From a virus (Duplodnaviria > Caudoviricetes): a stretch of 40,693 nt of DNA. Below are positions 10,001-19,773 of the stretch, piece by piece (within the stretch, counting starts at the first letter, position 1; every line of letters starts with the position of its first letter). Below the pieces are notes generated by a model. That model did not search any database. It saw only the letters and a list, made by a program, of their open reading frames with translations, and was not told the DNA's origin. The stretch lies in IMG/VR virus record IMGVR_UViG_3300017909_002489, positions 1-40,693 of that record, one strand, 5' to 3'. Position numbers and translations under genes: made by a program.

Positions 10001-13000
10001 CTGCAAAGCCTCGGTGCTGACGCGCGGGGCTAAGACGGGAATAATGATGTTTCGCATGAAGAAGCCAGGGAATCCTCTGGCCTCGCTCCATTCGTCTTGC
10101 CAAGCAGCCTGGGTCTTGCCCCCACCCATTCGCCCGCGGGCTTTTTCGACTGTGCGACCGATAAGCCCTTGAGTTGGCTTCCACGCGACAACGTACTCGC
10201 CATCCAGGTTCTTTTTAACGTACAACTCCCTAGACGCGCGGCGACGAGCCGTAGACGTCATGCGACCCTTTATGAGATCCGTCGTCTTACCGGCGGTCAG
10301 GAACCACAGACCCCATTCCTCGATTGCGTTACGAATGGAGAACCGCCACCCGAACAGCGTCGCAATAGACCAGAAGTTAGTGAACCTTTCCAAGCCGCGG
10401 CTGCCATAAAACATGGCCTGCCCCAGGCCACCCATCTCTTTTCGTAGATCCTCAAAGTCAGTCAGAGTCGGCAAGCGCATCTTGTCTGTGGTCTGATCCA
10501 TGTGCAGCGCGCTCTGCGTTCCCGCATCGTCGGCCGATAGAGAAACACGCGCGGCCGCTTCCTCGGCGGTAACAAAAGGAATTGGAGCTGGCTCTGAGAA
10601 CTCTCCGCGCGTTATCTTCCGTGCAGGCGGGGGAGCGAACCTTGATCCAGGATCGGCTGCCTCGCGCTTGGCGAGCATGAACTCCTCTAAGCGATCATCA
10701 AGTTCCCCACGGATGAGGGCTTGCTCGAATTCCAACCATTCGTCGTCGGTCAATCCAAGATCTGCGTCAAGTTCTTGTTGTTCCTTGCGCGCTTTGGCTC
10801 CGCCACGCGCCCACGGAACAGCAATACGAGGCTGCTTTCCCCGCTTTTGCCCGACCGCAAAGTCCATGTACCAATCTTCGGGAACGCCCTTCCAGCCAGC
10901 TATCGGCTTGCCGGTCTTGGGGTCTATCTTGCGCCCTGGCATATTGATCGGAAGTTCAACGTTGGAGCGACCGAGTTGGCCCGCGTTGTCGGGCAGCCCC
11001 GTGTAGAGCCACGCGATCATGTTGTCAAGGCCCTGATCGTCAGCGATGTTCGACAGCGTGGTCAACGAGATGGTTCCATCGTTGATAAAGCGAGCGTCTA
11101 CACCCAGCGTTCCGCCGACTTCGGATGGAAGTCGGGGTGTCTCTGGCGATCCATTCTCAGGTACGTTTTCTAAGTACCAATCTTTCGGATTTGGGGCGTC
11201 CTGCGGGATTTCGTCCGCGTACCGAAAGTTAGTTGCGTAAAACTCCTCAACAAGCGGGGTGTCAGTAGAAACCTGTTCTCGCCATTCCCGCTTAATATCC
11301 GCAACTATCTGAGGCAGTCGAGCGTTAAACTCCTCTGGCGAGAGACTGCCTTTAAGTGCTTCAATCTCGTCGGCCTTATCGTTAACAATCTCCGACAAAG
11401 TTCGGAACCCCGAATACTCGATCGGTATGCCTCGGGCCGCCTCTGCCGCCGCTTCCGCTGCTTCCTCGGCCGCATCGTCAGCAACCGTCTGCATCTGCGA
11501 CTCAGCAAGTGCCCGCGACGGGCGAGTCGCCTCGGTCATCTCCTGGCCGTACAACTCCGCTTCGCGGCGACCTGTGACCTTGATCTTCTCTGACGAGGTT
11601 TCTAACCACTTGTCAGCCTGCTTCTTACTGACGGAGATACCGCGAGATTGCGCTGCCGCGCGTACAACCGCCGACATCAGCAAGCGACGCTCTCCGATGT
11701 CACCCTGGCGGTATGCAGCCGCAACAGTCTCAGCCATCTTGCGTGGCAGGAACATGCGGGCGTATCGGTACACACCCTTGGCTCCCTGGCCGGTCGTAAG
11801 ATCAATAACCTCATCTACTGCGATGGATGAGAACATCCTGCCGAGCGAATCGAATAATCCTTCGCCCGTGACAATTAATCCGTCTACTGACCCAGCACCA
11901 CGTTTGTAGTCGCCGACCGCTTCGCCGATCTCCGTCGCGTTGTCAGACATCGACTGCGCGATAGTTCCAGCGTTAGTAGTATCGACGTACTTCTGCATGA
12001 TCTTCGCGGCGCGGCCGGTAGGCATCAAATGTGCCGCAACAAGATTGGCTAGGTCGCTGCGAACGGCCCCCGCGCTGGTACGCATAGGAGCCATATCCCC
12101 GCGCTTGATCTGACCGCCTCTGCGGAGCGCGGAGTCGAACGACTCCTTGCCCATTTGGTCAAGGGCCGCCATGACAAAGCGTGGAAGTTCATTAACCGTC
12201 ACGCCTGCCTGTATCGCTTGGGCTTCGACGGCCGCGTAGGACTGAACAAAGTCCATGTTCTTGTCGTCAATGAAGTCTGCGATCTCATCGACGCCGATCT
12301 TGCCGTCGGCATTCCTCGGAACGGTGTCGATCATATCTTCGATGAGGTCGTCGGGAAGTTCCCCGTATTGACGCTGCATACGCTGGCGCGCGCCATCCAG
12401 AGCCAGTCGAGCCTGTACCTGGGCAGCGGTTCCGACCGGAGCCTCGTTGAACGCCTTTGCTAGTTCGTCGTACTTGTTTAGGTCGCTCGCCAGAGCGTTG
12501 AAGTATCGGTACGTCTTGTTGTTAAGGCGGATAGGGCCAATGCCCTTACCGATACGCAATAAAGACCTTGCTCCAACCATCCCCGTGGGCACGGGAGCCA
12601 GGGCCGCTAGTGCGTAACGTGCGGCCTGTACGCCGCGGTAAACCTTTGACGAGGCAATCGTCGGATCAAAAAGGATGCTCGACCCAAAGCCAACGACGTT
12701 GGCTACGTCTTGACGAGTCTCACCCCCGCGGGCTTCTGAGTATTCGTCGCCCGCCGCTCCAAACATAACCTGGCCGGTATTGCCAAGATGCGCGGAATCG
12801 ATCTGCCGCATGAGTTCCGCGAGCTGTGTAGTGCGTAAGCCACGGGTTCCGATGATCCCGCCAATGACTGCTTGCGCTTCCAAGTCATTGGCGTACTCCA
12901 CCCAACTTTCCCAGATATCAAAGTCGGGGTCATCGACAGCCTTGCGGTGGAGGTCAAAGGCCACCTGGATCTCTTTGTCCGAGTAGAGCCGTTGTCCGTT

Positions 13001-13882
13001 CTCATCGGTGGCTTCGTACAGCGAGTCGATGTATTCCTCGTTGTACTTACCCTTCTCGGCTGCGCTCCGTCCTCCAGTCGCGCCGTAAGCAAAAGAACCT
13101 ATGTTGCCTAGCGCGCCCTGCCCGCCAGGAGCGTCAACCGCGTCATAAACGGAAATCATGCCGCCGCGAATCGACTGCATAATTTCTTCGTTGGCGATCA
13201 TGAACGGCGTCATAACTTTTTGCAGAACCCACAACGCACCAGCTACGCCCTTATCCACAATGCTTGGATCTTTGGCGGTCGCCGTAACTTTCTCCGTGGC
13301 TAACTCAAAGGCGATACCGGCGTAGATGGGATCTTCTGCTTGCAGGGTCTTGGCGATGTTCTCAACTGCGATCGCATTCTTATTGGGATCTTCCAGGATC
13401 AACTTCGCCATGCGATCGGACGCAAGATTCACTTTGCGCCAATCAATCATGTTGCTGACGTCATCCTTGGAAACCTCAAGACCAGCATCCTCGGCCTGGG
13501 CCAAAATCTGCGCCCAGACATTCAGGTCGTCAAGGTTGCGAGGGTTTTCAAGGGACTGCCAGTTGGCCGTGAGCATCTTCTGGGTTTCCAGAAACGTCTG
13601 ACCAGGAGAGTAGTTGTTCTCCTCGGCGTAGTAGTCGTACATCGACCCGCCGTACTGAGCACCCTTGGCTTGCGCTTCGTCGGCACGCATCGCTTTCTTG
13701 TTAAGTTCACGATTCGTGTCGATGTAATCCAATCCGGCCGCTTCGACGGCCGTATCACCACGCATATCTTCGTATGGTGAAATCAGTTCGTCGGCTTTCT
13801 TGGTGTCAGCCAGAACTTTGTCGAGGTAGGGCCACGGATTACGCCGCTGCGCGTCCCGCTCTAAGCGGTCTGCGGTTGCCAT
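7055..13882 (-). CDS. Very large internal virion / DNA-ejection protein (2275 aa)
   Basis: 6.8-kb ORF, helical with hydrophobic segments, lacking tape-measure periodicity. Position typical of large podovirus core proteins. Confidence 0.65.
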   Translation of the reverse strand: MATADRLERDAQRRNPWPYLDKVLADTKKADELISPYEDMRGDTAVEAAGLDYIDTNRELNKKAMRADEAQAKGAQYGGSMYDYYAEENNYSPGQTFLETQKMLTANWQSLENPRNLDDLNVWAQILAQAEDAGLEVSKDDVSNMIDWRKVNLASDRMAKLILEDPNKNAIAVENIAKTLQAEDPIYAGIAFELATEKVTATAKDPSIVDKGVAGALWVLQKVMTPFMIANEEIMQSIRGGMISVYDAVDAPGGQGALGNIGSFAYGATGGRSAAEKGKYNEEYIDSLYEATDENGQRLYSDKEIQVAFDLHRKAVDDPDFDIWESWVEYANDLEAQAVIGGIIGTRGLRTTQLAELMRQIDSAHLGNTGQVMFGAAGDEYSEARGGETRQDVANVVGFGSSILFDPTIASSKVYRGVQAARYALAALAPVPTGMVGARSLLRIGKGIGPIRLNNKTYRYFNALASDLNKYDELAKAFNEAPVGTAAQVQARLALDGARQRMQRQYGELPDDLIEDMIDTVPRNADGKIGVDEIADFIDDKNMDFVQSYAAVEAQAIQAGVTVNELPRFVMAALDQMGKESFDSALRRGGQIKRGDMAPMRTSAGAVRSDLANLVAAHLMPTGRAAKIMQKYVDTTNAGTIAQSMSDNATEIGEAVGDYKRGAGSVDGLIVTGEGLFDSLGRMFSSIAVDEVIDLTTGQGAKGVYRYARMFLPRKMAETVAAAYRQGDIGERRLLMSAVVRAAAQSRGISVSKKQADKWLETSSEKIKVTGRREAELYGQEMTEATRPSRALAESQMQTVADDAAEEAAEAAAEAARGIPIEYSGFRTLSEIVNDKADEIEALKGSLSPEEFNARLPQIVADIKREWREQVSTDTPLVEEFYATNFRYADEIPQDAPNPKDWYLENVPENGSPETPRLPSEVGGTLGVDARFINDGTISLTTLSNIADDQGLDNMIAWLYTGLPDNAGQLGRSNVELPINMPGRKIDPKTGKPIAGWKGVPEDWYMDFAVGQKRGKQPRIAVPWARGGAKARKEQQELDADLGLTDDEWLEFEQALIRGELDDRLEEFMLAKREAADPGSRFAPPPARKITRGEFSEPAPIPFVTAEEAAARVSLSADDAGTQSALHMDQTTDKMRLPTLTDFEDLRKEMGGLGQAMFYGSRGLERFTNFWSIATLFGWRFSIRNAIEEWGLWFLTAGKTTDLIKGRMTSTARRRASRELYVKKNLDGEYVVAWKPTQGLIGRTVEKARGRMGGGKTQAAWQDEWSEARGFPGFFMRNIIIPVLAPRVSTEALQDALVRYAAGDQEPWRKMVMEGLIGYRMGGRSMGSMGLMNDDDLLIVDQVLGSAHGMALLDDVAQSATYLNSARNPVGMKAGRMALDEIDENPPGVMPGTIDNEAAYRALNRAVAKLNSKVKTARKVSGWNRTPAKSRHAVDQWHHLLRSVMQNDGEIGTIAVQGIADISYGRTTVARVQQQIADAIRNDPSGVYTQRFSRLATDEGIQPFANDYFEDVLALFQKPDGSISTRLVDMFFDADGIYKGWSREELLTAPDEVLAFDRVTAKDLRTIPDKERPMVMMPEFEGEQYIPYANTLPSLFSLDGLADRAYMWMGRQNARLSREPIFWGNVIALWRSAKPRRDQLARAISSARGETWEELDDKAQLANHKIASELVGKDVLDRAYSLSLAFMDNPMNRSNLAWKARNVSRYYRASEDFYRRMRRMGTSNPEGFVKAALVYSLLDDTGFVYTDDYGDKYFMYPMNGIAQKVMYPMVGLFKGQFDPFTQVEPFGLGGKVLGLTPSADPMNMIPPFTSGWGQVPAAAFFAWQPELGGLRALILGQFNQPTGSMWRDIGQALAPAGAKRLGDLTDTEQAQTAQADSLMKALQTMSGWGMFDTITMKDGTVIPLEEAEQGQIMASNEYQAAEIYSTGLWISKKFLSWALPAYPRRIDTNVSDWARQNGIDNMTDAFYDFTDTVIWDEEYLKLVEEAVGEDIYDPWNYAMASWWQLRVNRVLDGLDPTTEEGWDGGSFLPFTVGSFEDAGDTTQQRANFRAVEGTFPWYFDEENGYKSYPEEHQSASLFLAPREGEFDYTGHYIAKYYLATRTKKAFDDRVLSIVDSEFDAEISRMKYKFDKRERELDPYSPTYAEDKKLLNAERDETMEKFKTGRYSYRDGKSIRGEKLQALAEVENLLSWMRTEKYGTPQEPAALPEGSSEYFIQLSIDIHREAEQLLAVAPGNSRREVLMRNIVKKDRDEKYEAISIESPNAKNFIESVLWNL

Positions 13883-14320
13883 CTATCTCCCTTTACGTCG
13901 CATTTGCTCCGCTGCGGTGGCAAGGCTCCGATCTCCGGAGGCTTCTGCCAGCATCGTCAACGTGTCGCTGATGGTTGGAACCGTGCGCCTCGGGGTGCGC
14001 ATAGGTCCGTCCCCTGGGCCAAACGGCGCACCGGCTGTTACCGGCTCCATGGGTCGTGTTGTAGGTGTGAACATTTCGCGGGGCGCACTAGAGCCACCCC
14101 TAGCGCGCGATGACGCATTTGGGTTTTGCATCGCCGCGCCAGGGGTAGCCCTGAGCGGGGCGGCAGACTGCATTTCGTTGAAATCAGCATTCTCGCCATA
14201 TGCGAGGCCAGTCATTTTCTGCGTTGTCTGCGCCGGTCCGCCGTCCGTTCTTCGCGACAGTTTGCCTGGGGCACTCACGGGTGCTGGTTGCGACGGCTTT
14301 TGATATCCGCCTCTAGGCAT
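13883..14320 (-). CDS. Hypothetical Pro/Gly-rich virion-associated protein (145 aa)
   Basis: MPRGGYQKPSQPAPVSAPGKLSRRTDGGP; GGAGGA RBS; in operon after portal. Confidence 0.7.
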   Translation of the reverse strand: MPRGGYQKPSQPAPVSAPGKLSRRTDGGPAQTTQKMTGLAYGENADFNEMQSAAPLRATPGAAMQNPNASSRARGGSSAPREMFTPTTRPMEPVTAGAPFGPGDGPMRTPRRTVPTISDTLTMLAEASGDRSLATAAEQMRRKGR

Positions 14321-14591
14321 CGGAGTCCTCCTCCAAACTGTCCATAAAACGAACTATGCGGGGGTCTTGTAATTCCTTCGTGTCCGACTCGGGGTAGTCG
14401 TCATCGTCGTTGTCGTATTCGTGCTCGATGAGATCTACGTCGTCCATTTGCTGCAAGGCTTCGCCGAACATCCAGGCGGTGCGTCGAGCCAGGTCGTCCG
14501 CGATGTCTGGGTTGTAGGCGGAATTAGACGCGATCATCGACACGGCTAGGTGCTGTCCCATGCGGATGCCCGTCATAATTTCTCTTGCCAT
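14313..14591 (-). CDS. Hypothetical acidic protein (92 aa)
   Basis: AGGAG RBS immediately after the portal stop. Confidence 0.7.
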   Translation of the reverse strand: MAREIMTGIRMGQHLAVSMIASNSAYNPDIADDLARRTAWMFGEALQQMDDVDLIEHEYDNDDDDYPESDTKELQDPRIVRFMDSLEEDSDA

Positions 14592-14599
14592 TTCAACTC

Positions 14600-16420
14600 C
14601 TAGATCGGCAGACGCCGGCTGACTCCAGCCGACAAGTTGGGTTCCCCGTTTGAGCCAAGGGAAGCGAGCATCACGGAAAGATCAGGGCGACCACCTGGCC
14701 CCATTCCCTGCTGGCCTGGTGCGACGCCGCGCATAGTGCCGTCAGGGTTCAAGCCGTCTCCACCCAAGCCTCCGCTGCTGGTGGGAAGGGCAGACATCTC
14801 CGCCTCCATCTGCTCCTCGGGAGTTGGCTCTGGGGGTGTAAAGGCTTGCTTTACAACACTTTCGATCGGGTTGCCCTTTTCCCGCCCCTCGATGATGTCC
14901 GCAACAACTGAAAGCACTTGGGCGGGATCTTGTCCAGACTGAGCAAGGGCGGGAATGGATTGCGCGTAGCCAGCAACGGCCACTTTCAGCGCGTCGCGCA
15001 TTTCCTCAATATCAACGATCTGCTCTTCCTCAGTCGCGTCCAAGGAGAACGGCATTTGCCGACGCAGGAAGTCACGAGAAATCAGTTTGTCGCCGCGTGC
15101 CTGCAAACCGAATACGAGGGCACGGTTCGGGTCAAGGCCCGCGAGCAGCCCGTACTCCACATCAACTGTGTGATCGCCCTTGATGTCCCGCGCGGGCTTG
15201 TACTTAATCTCGTAGGGCGTTCCATCGTTGTTGCCGCGCATGGTGCGTTCAACGTTGGGCCACAGTTTCTCGTCCAGGCGCAAAGACTTAGCGATCAGGT
15301 TCTCAAACGTGCGCGCGAACATCGCTTGACCCGTCCGGATCTGCGAGTCGAAACCACCCATCAGGGCTTGCACCCCACGGCCTGTCACAACGGAACCGTC
15401 GATGTTGCCCGTGCGCGCTTCTGGATAGCGGGAGCCAGCGCGCAGCTCGCTATCAAGCATCCCTTGTTCCGCGAACGCACTTGACGGAACCTCTAGCGGA
15501 ATCCTCCGTACAGCCTGCGCGTTGGAAGTACGCAGCACGGCATCCGGTCCTAATGCAAGTTCCTGTGCGTCAGGAGGGAGGACGAGGGGGGCCTGCACGG
15601 ACTTCTGTGCCGCCTCCAAAGCGAGCATCGCCATGCGGGACTTCGCAACCTGCACGCCGATCACATCATCGAATTGGCCGCGAGGCTCACCATCGACGCT
15701 AGGCCGCATGGTCCACTCGACCAGGCACTCACCCGTGGGGTTCGCGCCCATCTCAAGAATGAAACCCTCATAGTCAGGCAGGAACAACACATTCCTACCT
15801 GCGCTGTGATACCGGACCACGGTGCATGGCAGGTTCATTTCATCCCGCTGGTACGAGCTGTACCCAGGCTTGCGGAAAACCTGCGCAGTCTCCGGATACT
15901 TCGCCATGAGGTCGGCCTTCGTCATTTGCAGAGTGAAGTACGCCTCAATGCAGTTACCCCAACGATCAAATACGGGGTAGGCCCCCAGGGGTTCCATGAA
16001 CGTGATCCGCGGTAACTGCGATTCTGCGTCGATCTCCACAATGCTGGGGACGCTTCCGTAACTGAAATACGATTGCGCCGCCTGGTACATCTGGCGCGAC
16101 AAGTCCGAATGCTCGACGTACCCGCGCACGATCAGCGACCGCTTCTCAGCGAACTTCCGAGCCGTGTCTGAAACAGACTTACTCGACGCGCAGTTGAACG
16201 TCGGCAGAGGGGCAAGTACCTCAGACAAGTCATGCGCCGCTACGTCAATCATGTTCGCCACGATTCCCGTAGACAGCGGGCCGGTCGGGAACATATCGGG
16301 ATAGACCTCGTTCATGCGGCCCTGACGAACCATTCGGATCATGCTCATGCGGCTGTCGCGATTCGCAAAGCGGGTCTTAGCCGCCTCGTATCGCTTCCGC
16401 AGATCCTTTTCGTACTCCAT
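14600..16420 (-). CDS. Portal protein (606 aa)
   Basis: Directly downstream of TerL; size and helical/disordered C-terminal organisation typical of podovirus portals. Confidence 0.8.
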   Translation of the reverse strand: MEYEKDLRKRYEAAKTRFANRDSRMSMIRMVRQGRMNEVYPDMFPTGPLSTGIVANMIDVAAHDLSEVLAPLPTFNCASSKSVSDTARKFAEKRSLIVRGYVEHSDLSRQMYQAAQSYFSYGSVPSIVEIDAESQLPRITFMEPLGAYPVFDRWGNCIEAYFTLQMTKADLMAKYPETAQVFRKPGYSSYQRDEMNLPCTVVRYHSAGRNVLFLPDYEGFILEMGANPTGECLVEWTMRPSVDGEPRGQFDDVIGVQVAKSRMAMLALEAAQKSVQAPLVLPPDAQELALGPDAVLRTSNAQAVRRIPLEVPSSAFAEQGMLDSELRAGSRYPEARTGNIDGSVVTGRGVQALMGGFDSQIRTGQAMFARTFENLIAKSLRLDEKLWPNVERTMRGNNDGTPYEIKYKPARDIKGDHTVDVEYGLLAGLDPNRALVFGLQARGDKLISRDFLRRQMPFSLDATEEEQIVDIEEMRDALKVAVAGYAQSIPALAQSGQDPAQVLSVVADIIEGREKGNPIESVVKQAFTPPEPTPEEQMEAEMSALPTSSGGLGGDGLNPDGTMRGVAPGQQGMGPGGRPDLSVMLASLGSNGEPNLSAGVSRRLPI

Positions 16421-18325
16421 TTACGCTCCCACCGGCTTCCAGAGTTGATGCGCTTGAGCGTCAAGCAAAGAAATAGTGCGTTGCTGCCGTAGATCCCACG
16501 GCGTAGCAAACGGATTGTTGATATGTGTCTTACCGATCGTGTGAAAGACACGATCACGGCACGCAAGTTCGGCAAACCACAACGCCATTACTAGGTCTGT
16601 CTTTTGCGTCTTAGGCGCATCCGGAGCCCAGATAGCCAACTGCTCCATCAGAGCCTTGACTGCCTCAGATCCGATAGACGACGGGAACTCGATCATTGTT
16701 TCGCCGTCCTCCCAGCCCGAGAACAACGTCGTCATGGATGCAACCCCGAAATCGGCGTCATGCTTGTTGTTGCCCGTGAAGTGAGGCTGGATCACGCACC
16801 CGCGCGCCGATGCAAACTGATTCAAGTCCGTGTCGTGGACAAGGAACCCCTGGAATCCGTTGCGTTCGATACGCGCTTCGGCGATCTGGTACTTGTCGAT
16901 AAAGCCGCAGATCATCTCGCGCATCTCATCCGGCGTAATACCGGCCTTGTTGTAGCAATCGACCACATACCGCTTGTGCAGGTTCGGGTCGAGGCCGACG
17001 ACCACAGCAGCGGTATGTCCGCTAGTTGCTGGGTCTACACCTAGAAGGTGAATAAGTCCGTCGCCACCACGCCCTTGACGGACTGCATTGTGATTCTTGG
17101 GCATAACTCCGGTGAGCCGTGCGCCATTGACAGCCGCAGCCAACATCTCCGGAGAGAAAATGGAAGCGGAATTGACCTGCTCCTGCTGGTAGACCAACGC
17201 CCACGATCTCGGTTGAATCCGCGCGCGTTTCTTGTGGAGCCGCTTGCCGTCCCACTTCGGGTACAGTCCTTCGCTGACTTCCTCGGCCATTTCGCCCCGT
17301 GCGCCGATCTCCGGCTTGTGGGCATACGGCCACAGAGTTACCCAATCCTCCGGCTTTTCGTTGAACTCCAAAACCGCCGGCATAGACAGGTATGACCACG
17401 GCGACTTCTCCTCCGGATACCTGGCGGGGTCGCGCAGCGCGGAATACAGATCCTCACCCGCAAGCCGCGTCCCGACGACCAAGAAGTTTCCGCTGGTCGA
17501 AATACGGCTAGTGACCTCCGACTGCACCCACTCGATCTGCTTTTCGTACTCATGGGCGTTCGTCATATCCACGCAGTCGTCCATGATGACTAGATCGGCG
17601 CGCGCGCCGAAAACGTGGGCTCGAATGCCTAGTGCTTGAACGGTGGGGTCTTTCTCTCCGGAGTCCCTACTGTCATCCGATATGTAGATCATGTTCTGCG
17701 TCCACGACGCAGAGTTGTTATTGAATCCGCCGGTAGGCGCATAGTTCATATGCAACTTGGCGTAAGCGGGGCCGGTCAGCCTGCTCTTTACCGCCAGCAA
17801 GAACTTCTGCGCCATCGTCGCCGTCTTGGAAATAATCAAGATGCGAACGTTCGGGTCTTTGCAGATCCGGTAAACGACGTAATTGACGGTAAGGGTTGTT
17901 GACTTACCGTGCTCCGGCGGAAGATTCGTGATGCACAAGTCCTGCTCGTTGCGCTCCCACACCATGCTTGGGTGCTGCCAGCTCGGGTCGCGCCCTTCCA
18001 AAACGTCAATCACGTTCTGCATGTGCGGCCACACGGGGGCGTCCAGGTACTCCTTGCTGAACTCCGCGAACGACGGGAAATCATCATCCGTGCGTTTCGC
18101 CAGAGCCTCGCCTCGACCGTGACGCACCCGCTCCACAGCCGCCCGAAACTGCGGGTCGCTTCGCTTCCAGGATTCCCAAGTCTTTAGGGAGCGATTCACG
18201 CCCATCATCGCGTTAGCGACAGTCTCGCCCTGACCGATGGAGGCCAGGACTTCTGCCTTCAATGGAGCAAGATTCGCATTCCTACCCCGAGGCTTCGACT
18301 TACTCGCCTTCTTCGATTGCGACAT
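16421..18325 (-). CDS. terL: Terminase large subunit with N-terminal HTH-like extension (634 aa)
   Basis: Walker A LPPEHGKST, Walker B LVIMDD, coupling motif VGTR, RNase H-like nuclease GVDPA...DLVMALWF. Confidence 0.92.
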   Translation of the reverse strand: MSQSKKASKSKPRGRNANLAPLKAEVLASIGQGETVANAMMGVNRSLKTWESWKRSDPQFRAAVERVRHGRGEALAKRTDDDFPSFAEFSKEYLDAPVWPHMQNVIDVLEGRDPSWQHPSMVWERNEQDLCITNLPPEHGKSTTLTVNYVVYRICKDPNVRILIISKTATMAQKFLLAVKSRLTGPAYAKLHMNYAPTGGFNNNSASWTQNMIYISDDSRDSGEKDPTVQALGIRAHVFGARADLVIMDDCVDMTNAHEYEKQIEWVQSEVTSRISTSGNFLVVGTRLAGEDLYSALRDPARYPEEKSPWSYLSMPAVLEFNEKPEDWVTLWPYAHKPEIGARGEMAEEVSEGLYPKWDGKRLHKKRARIQPRSWALVYQQEQVNSASIFSPEMLAAAVNGARLTGVMPKNHNAVRQGRGGDGLIHLLGVDPATSGHTAAVVVGLDPNLHKRYVVDCYNKAGITPDEMREMICGFIDKYQIAEARIERNGFQGFLVHDTDLNQFASARGCVIQPHFTGNNKHDADFGVASMTTLFSGWEDGETMIEFPSSIGSEAVKALMEQLAIWAPDAPKTQKTDLVMALWFAELACRDRVFHTIGKTHINNPFATPWDLRQQRTISLLDAQAHQLWKPVGA

Positions 18326-18616
18326 AGGGTTCCAAACTCAGAAAAGTATTCGATGGATGCCAAAAAGGGGGAAACCTACGAGGGAGCGAGCGGAGCGTCA
18401 GCGGAGCGAGCGACCGAGTGGAAGGGGGTTCACTCCAGCGGCCTCCGCTATTGCAGCGGCCGCCTCCGTTCTCCCCCTCCTTGGGGAGGCGGAGGCCATT
18501 AAGAGCCGACGCCGACCCCCCCAAACTCGTCGTTCGCTGCGCTCTCTCCTCGCAAATACCCCCCCACTTAGTAGTACCGCCGCGAGATTGGAGATCCGGA
18601 AACATTTTTTTAGAAA

Positions 18617-18632
18617 TGTAATCGAGGTCACA
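18617..18632. promoter_or_regulatory. CRP/GlxR-like site upstream of terL
   Basis: AAA-TGTAA-N6-TCACA, one mismatch from the TGTGA-N6-TCACA consensus. Confidence 0.4.
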
Positions 18633-19111
18633 CCTAGAATGCGGAAACTAGGGGCATCTCAGCCTGGAGCTGGGTTGGTCAAGGTTGGTCAAGGGCTCTA
18701 TCTAACCTAGAAATTTTTGGGGTCTACGTGATACCCCCGAGCGCGCGCGCAAGCAAGCCTCGGGTCGGTCGCGCGCTCGCGCTCGCCCGCGATCGCGGGC
18801 GGGGGAGGGTAGGCGGACTCTGCTCGGCATCCACCCACCCCCACCCCCGAGCCCGTGCCCCCGTCGATCGACGCTCCCGCCGTCCATAGTCCGCGGCTCA
18901 TCACGGCCGCGGCCGGACTAAGTGCGGAAGGACTAGCCCCGAGCCCCAGCCCGCAGCCCAGCCCCGTCCACCGTCGATCCAGGGCTGGAGATCCGCAGCC
19001 CCAGCGCGAGGCCCCGACCGATCGACGGCCGAGGCGACCGCCCCCAGGAAATTCGGACAAACCTGGACCCAGCTCACTTTCGAGACATACCGTGGCAAAG
19101 GGTTCGAGTGC

Positions 19112-19127
19112 GTAACGATTTGATAAC
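19112..19127 (+). promoter_or_regulatory. MtrA/GlnR-like direct-repeat box upstream of the early operon
   Basis: GTAAC-N6-ATAAC matches the GTnAC-N6-GTnAC class of actinobacterial OmpR-family sites. Confidence 0.35.
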
Positions 19128-19197
19128 GTCCGGCGTTTGCCATGGTCCGCCCCCACGCCTCGGCATATGCTGGCCAGACCTGCCCCACCTGGGGCCA

Positions 19198-19207
19198 AAC
19201 ATTGGAG
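19198..19207 (+). repeat. AACATTGGAG start-associated box 1
   Basis: Exact 10-mer 6 nt before ATG 19214; preceded by small hairpin 19182-19195. Confidence 0.9.
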
Positions 19208-19213
19208 ACAGAT

Positions 19214-19540
19214 ATGCCGAACATCATCGACCGCGCCGACCTGCGCACGGTCACCACCTGGGACATCCGCCGCGAGAACTCCGCCGCGGGCTTCCACTTC
19301 TTCGATCAAGCCGCAATGCGTTGGTTCTCGTCGCGCGTGCTCCCGACCATCCACACAGACGGGGCTCGGCTTTTGTTCGTCACGAGCGAGCGCGACACCT
19401 GGAACGACCAGCCCCGCCTCTACACAGTTCGGGAGTTCGATCTCACCACGGCCGAGATCATTACCCACGGATTCCAGAAATTCACCACGGCCGCCGACGC
19501 CCACGCAGAAGCGCGCAACATCCTGGGGGTGACCGCATGA
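19214..19540 (+). CDS. Early hypothetical protein (108 aa)
   Basis: ATG after box 1; MPNIIDRADL...GFHFFDQAAMRWFSSRV. Confidence 0.85.
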   Translation: MPNIIDRADLRTVTTWDIRRENSAAGFHFFDQAAMRWFSSRVLPTIHTDGARLLFVTSERDTWNDQPRLYTVREFDLTTAEIITHGFQKFTTAADAHAEARNILGVTA

Positions 19541-19773
19541 ACGCCCCAGGAACCGCGCGGAACCTAACCGCCGCCCCCGTCGATGAGCCGACCCACGTCC
19601 GGACGGATTGCTGCGACCTAGTGACCTGGCCGCTGCACACTTTCCTCGCCCGTGACGGTGTTGGCGACGTCGTGCGGATCTGCCGCACGGGGCACGGTTG
19701 CCTCTCCGACGTCCTGAGCCGCCCCTACTACCAGGGGACCTACCGCGTGGACCCGCCAGGGGTGACCCGATGA
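19537..19773 (+). CDS. Early hypothetical protein (78 aa, Cys-containing)
   Basis: ATGA overlap, GGGGTGA RBS. Confidence 0.7.
   Translation: MNAPGTARNLTAAPVDEPTHVRTDCCDLVTWPLHTFLARDGVGDVVRICRTGHGCLSDVLSRPYYQGTYRVDPPGVTR

Larger units (their letters stand above)
18326..19213. other. Non-coding divergent control region; probable packaging/terminus region
   Basis: About 0.9 kb between the divergent late and early arms. Contains GAGC repeats (18381-18418), hairpin 18462-18496, perfect palindrome GCCCGCGATCGCGGGC (18785-18800), low-complexity GCCCC repeats and a visible rise in GC near 18735. Confidence 0.6.

Noticed and set aside
7055-13882. Tape measure, virion RNA polymerase or toxin domain in the 2275-aa protein
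   Set aside because: No periodic repeats or catalytic motifs recognisable; needs HHpred/Foldseek.
18637-18649. 13-nt repeat GAATGCGGAAACT, also at 30889-30901
   Set aside because: Several exact 13-mer pairs are expected by chance in 40 kb; only two copies seen.
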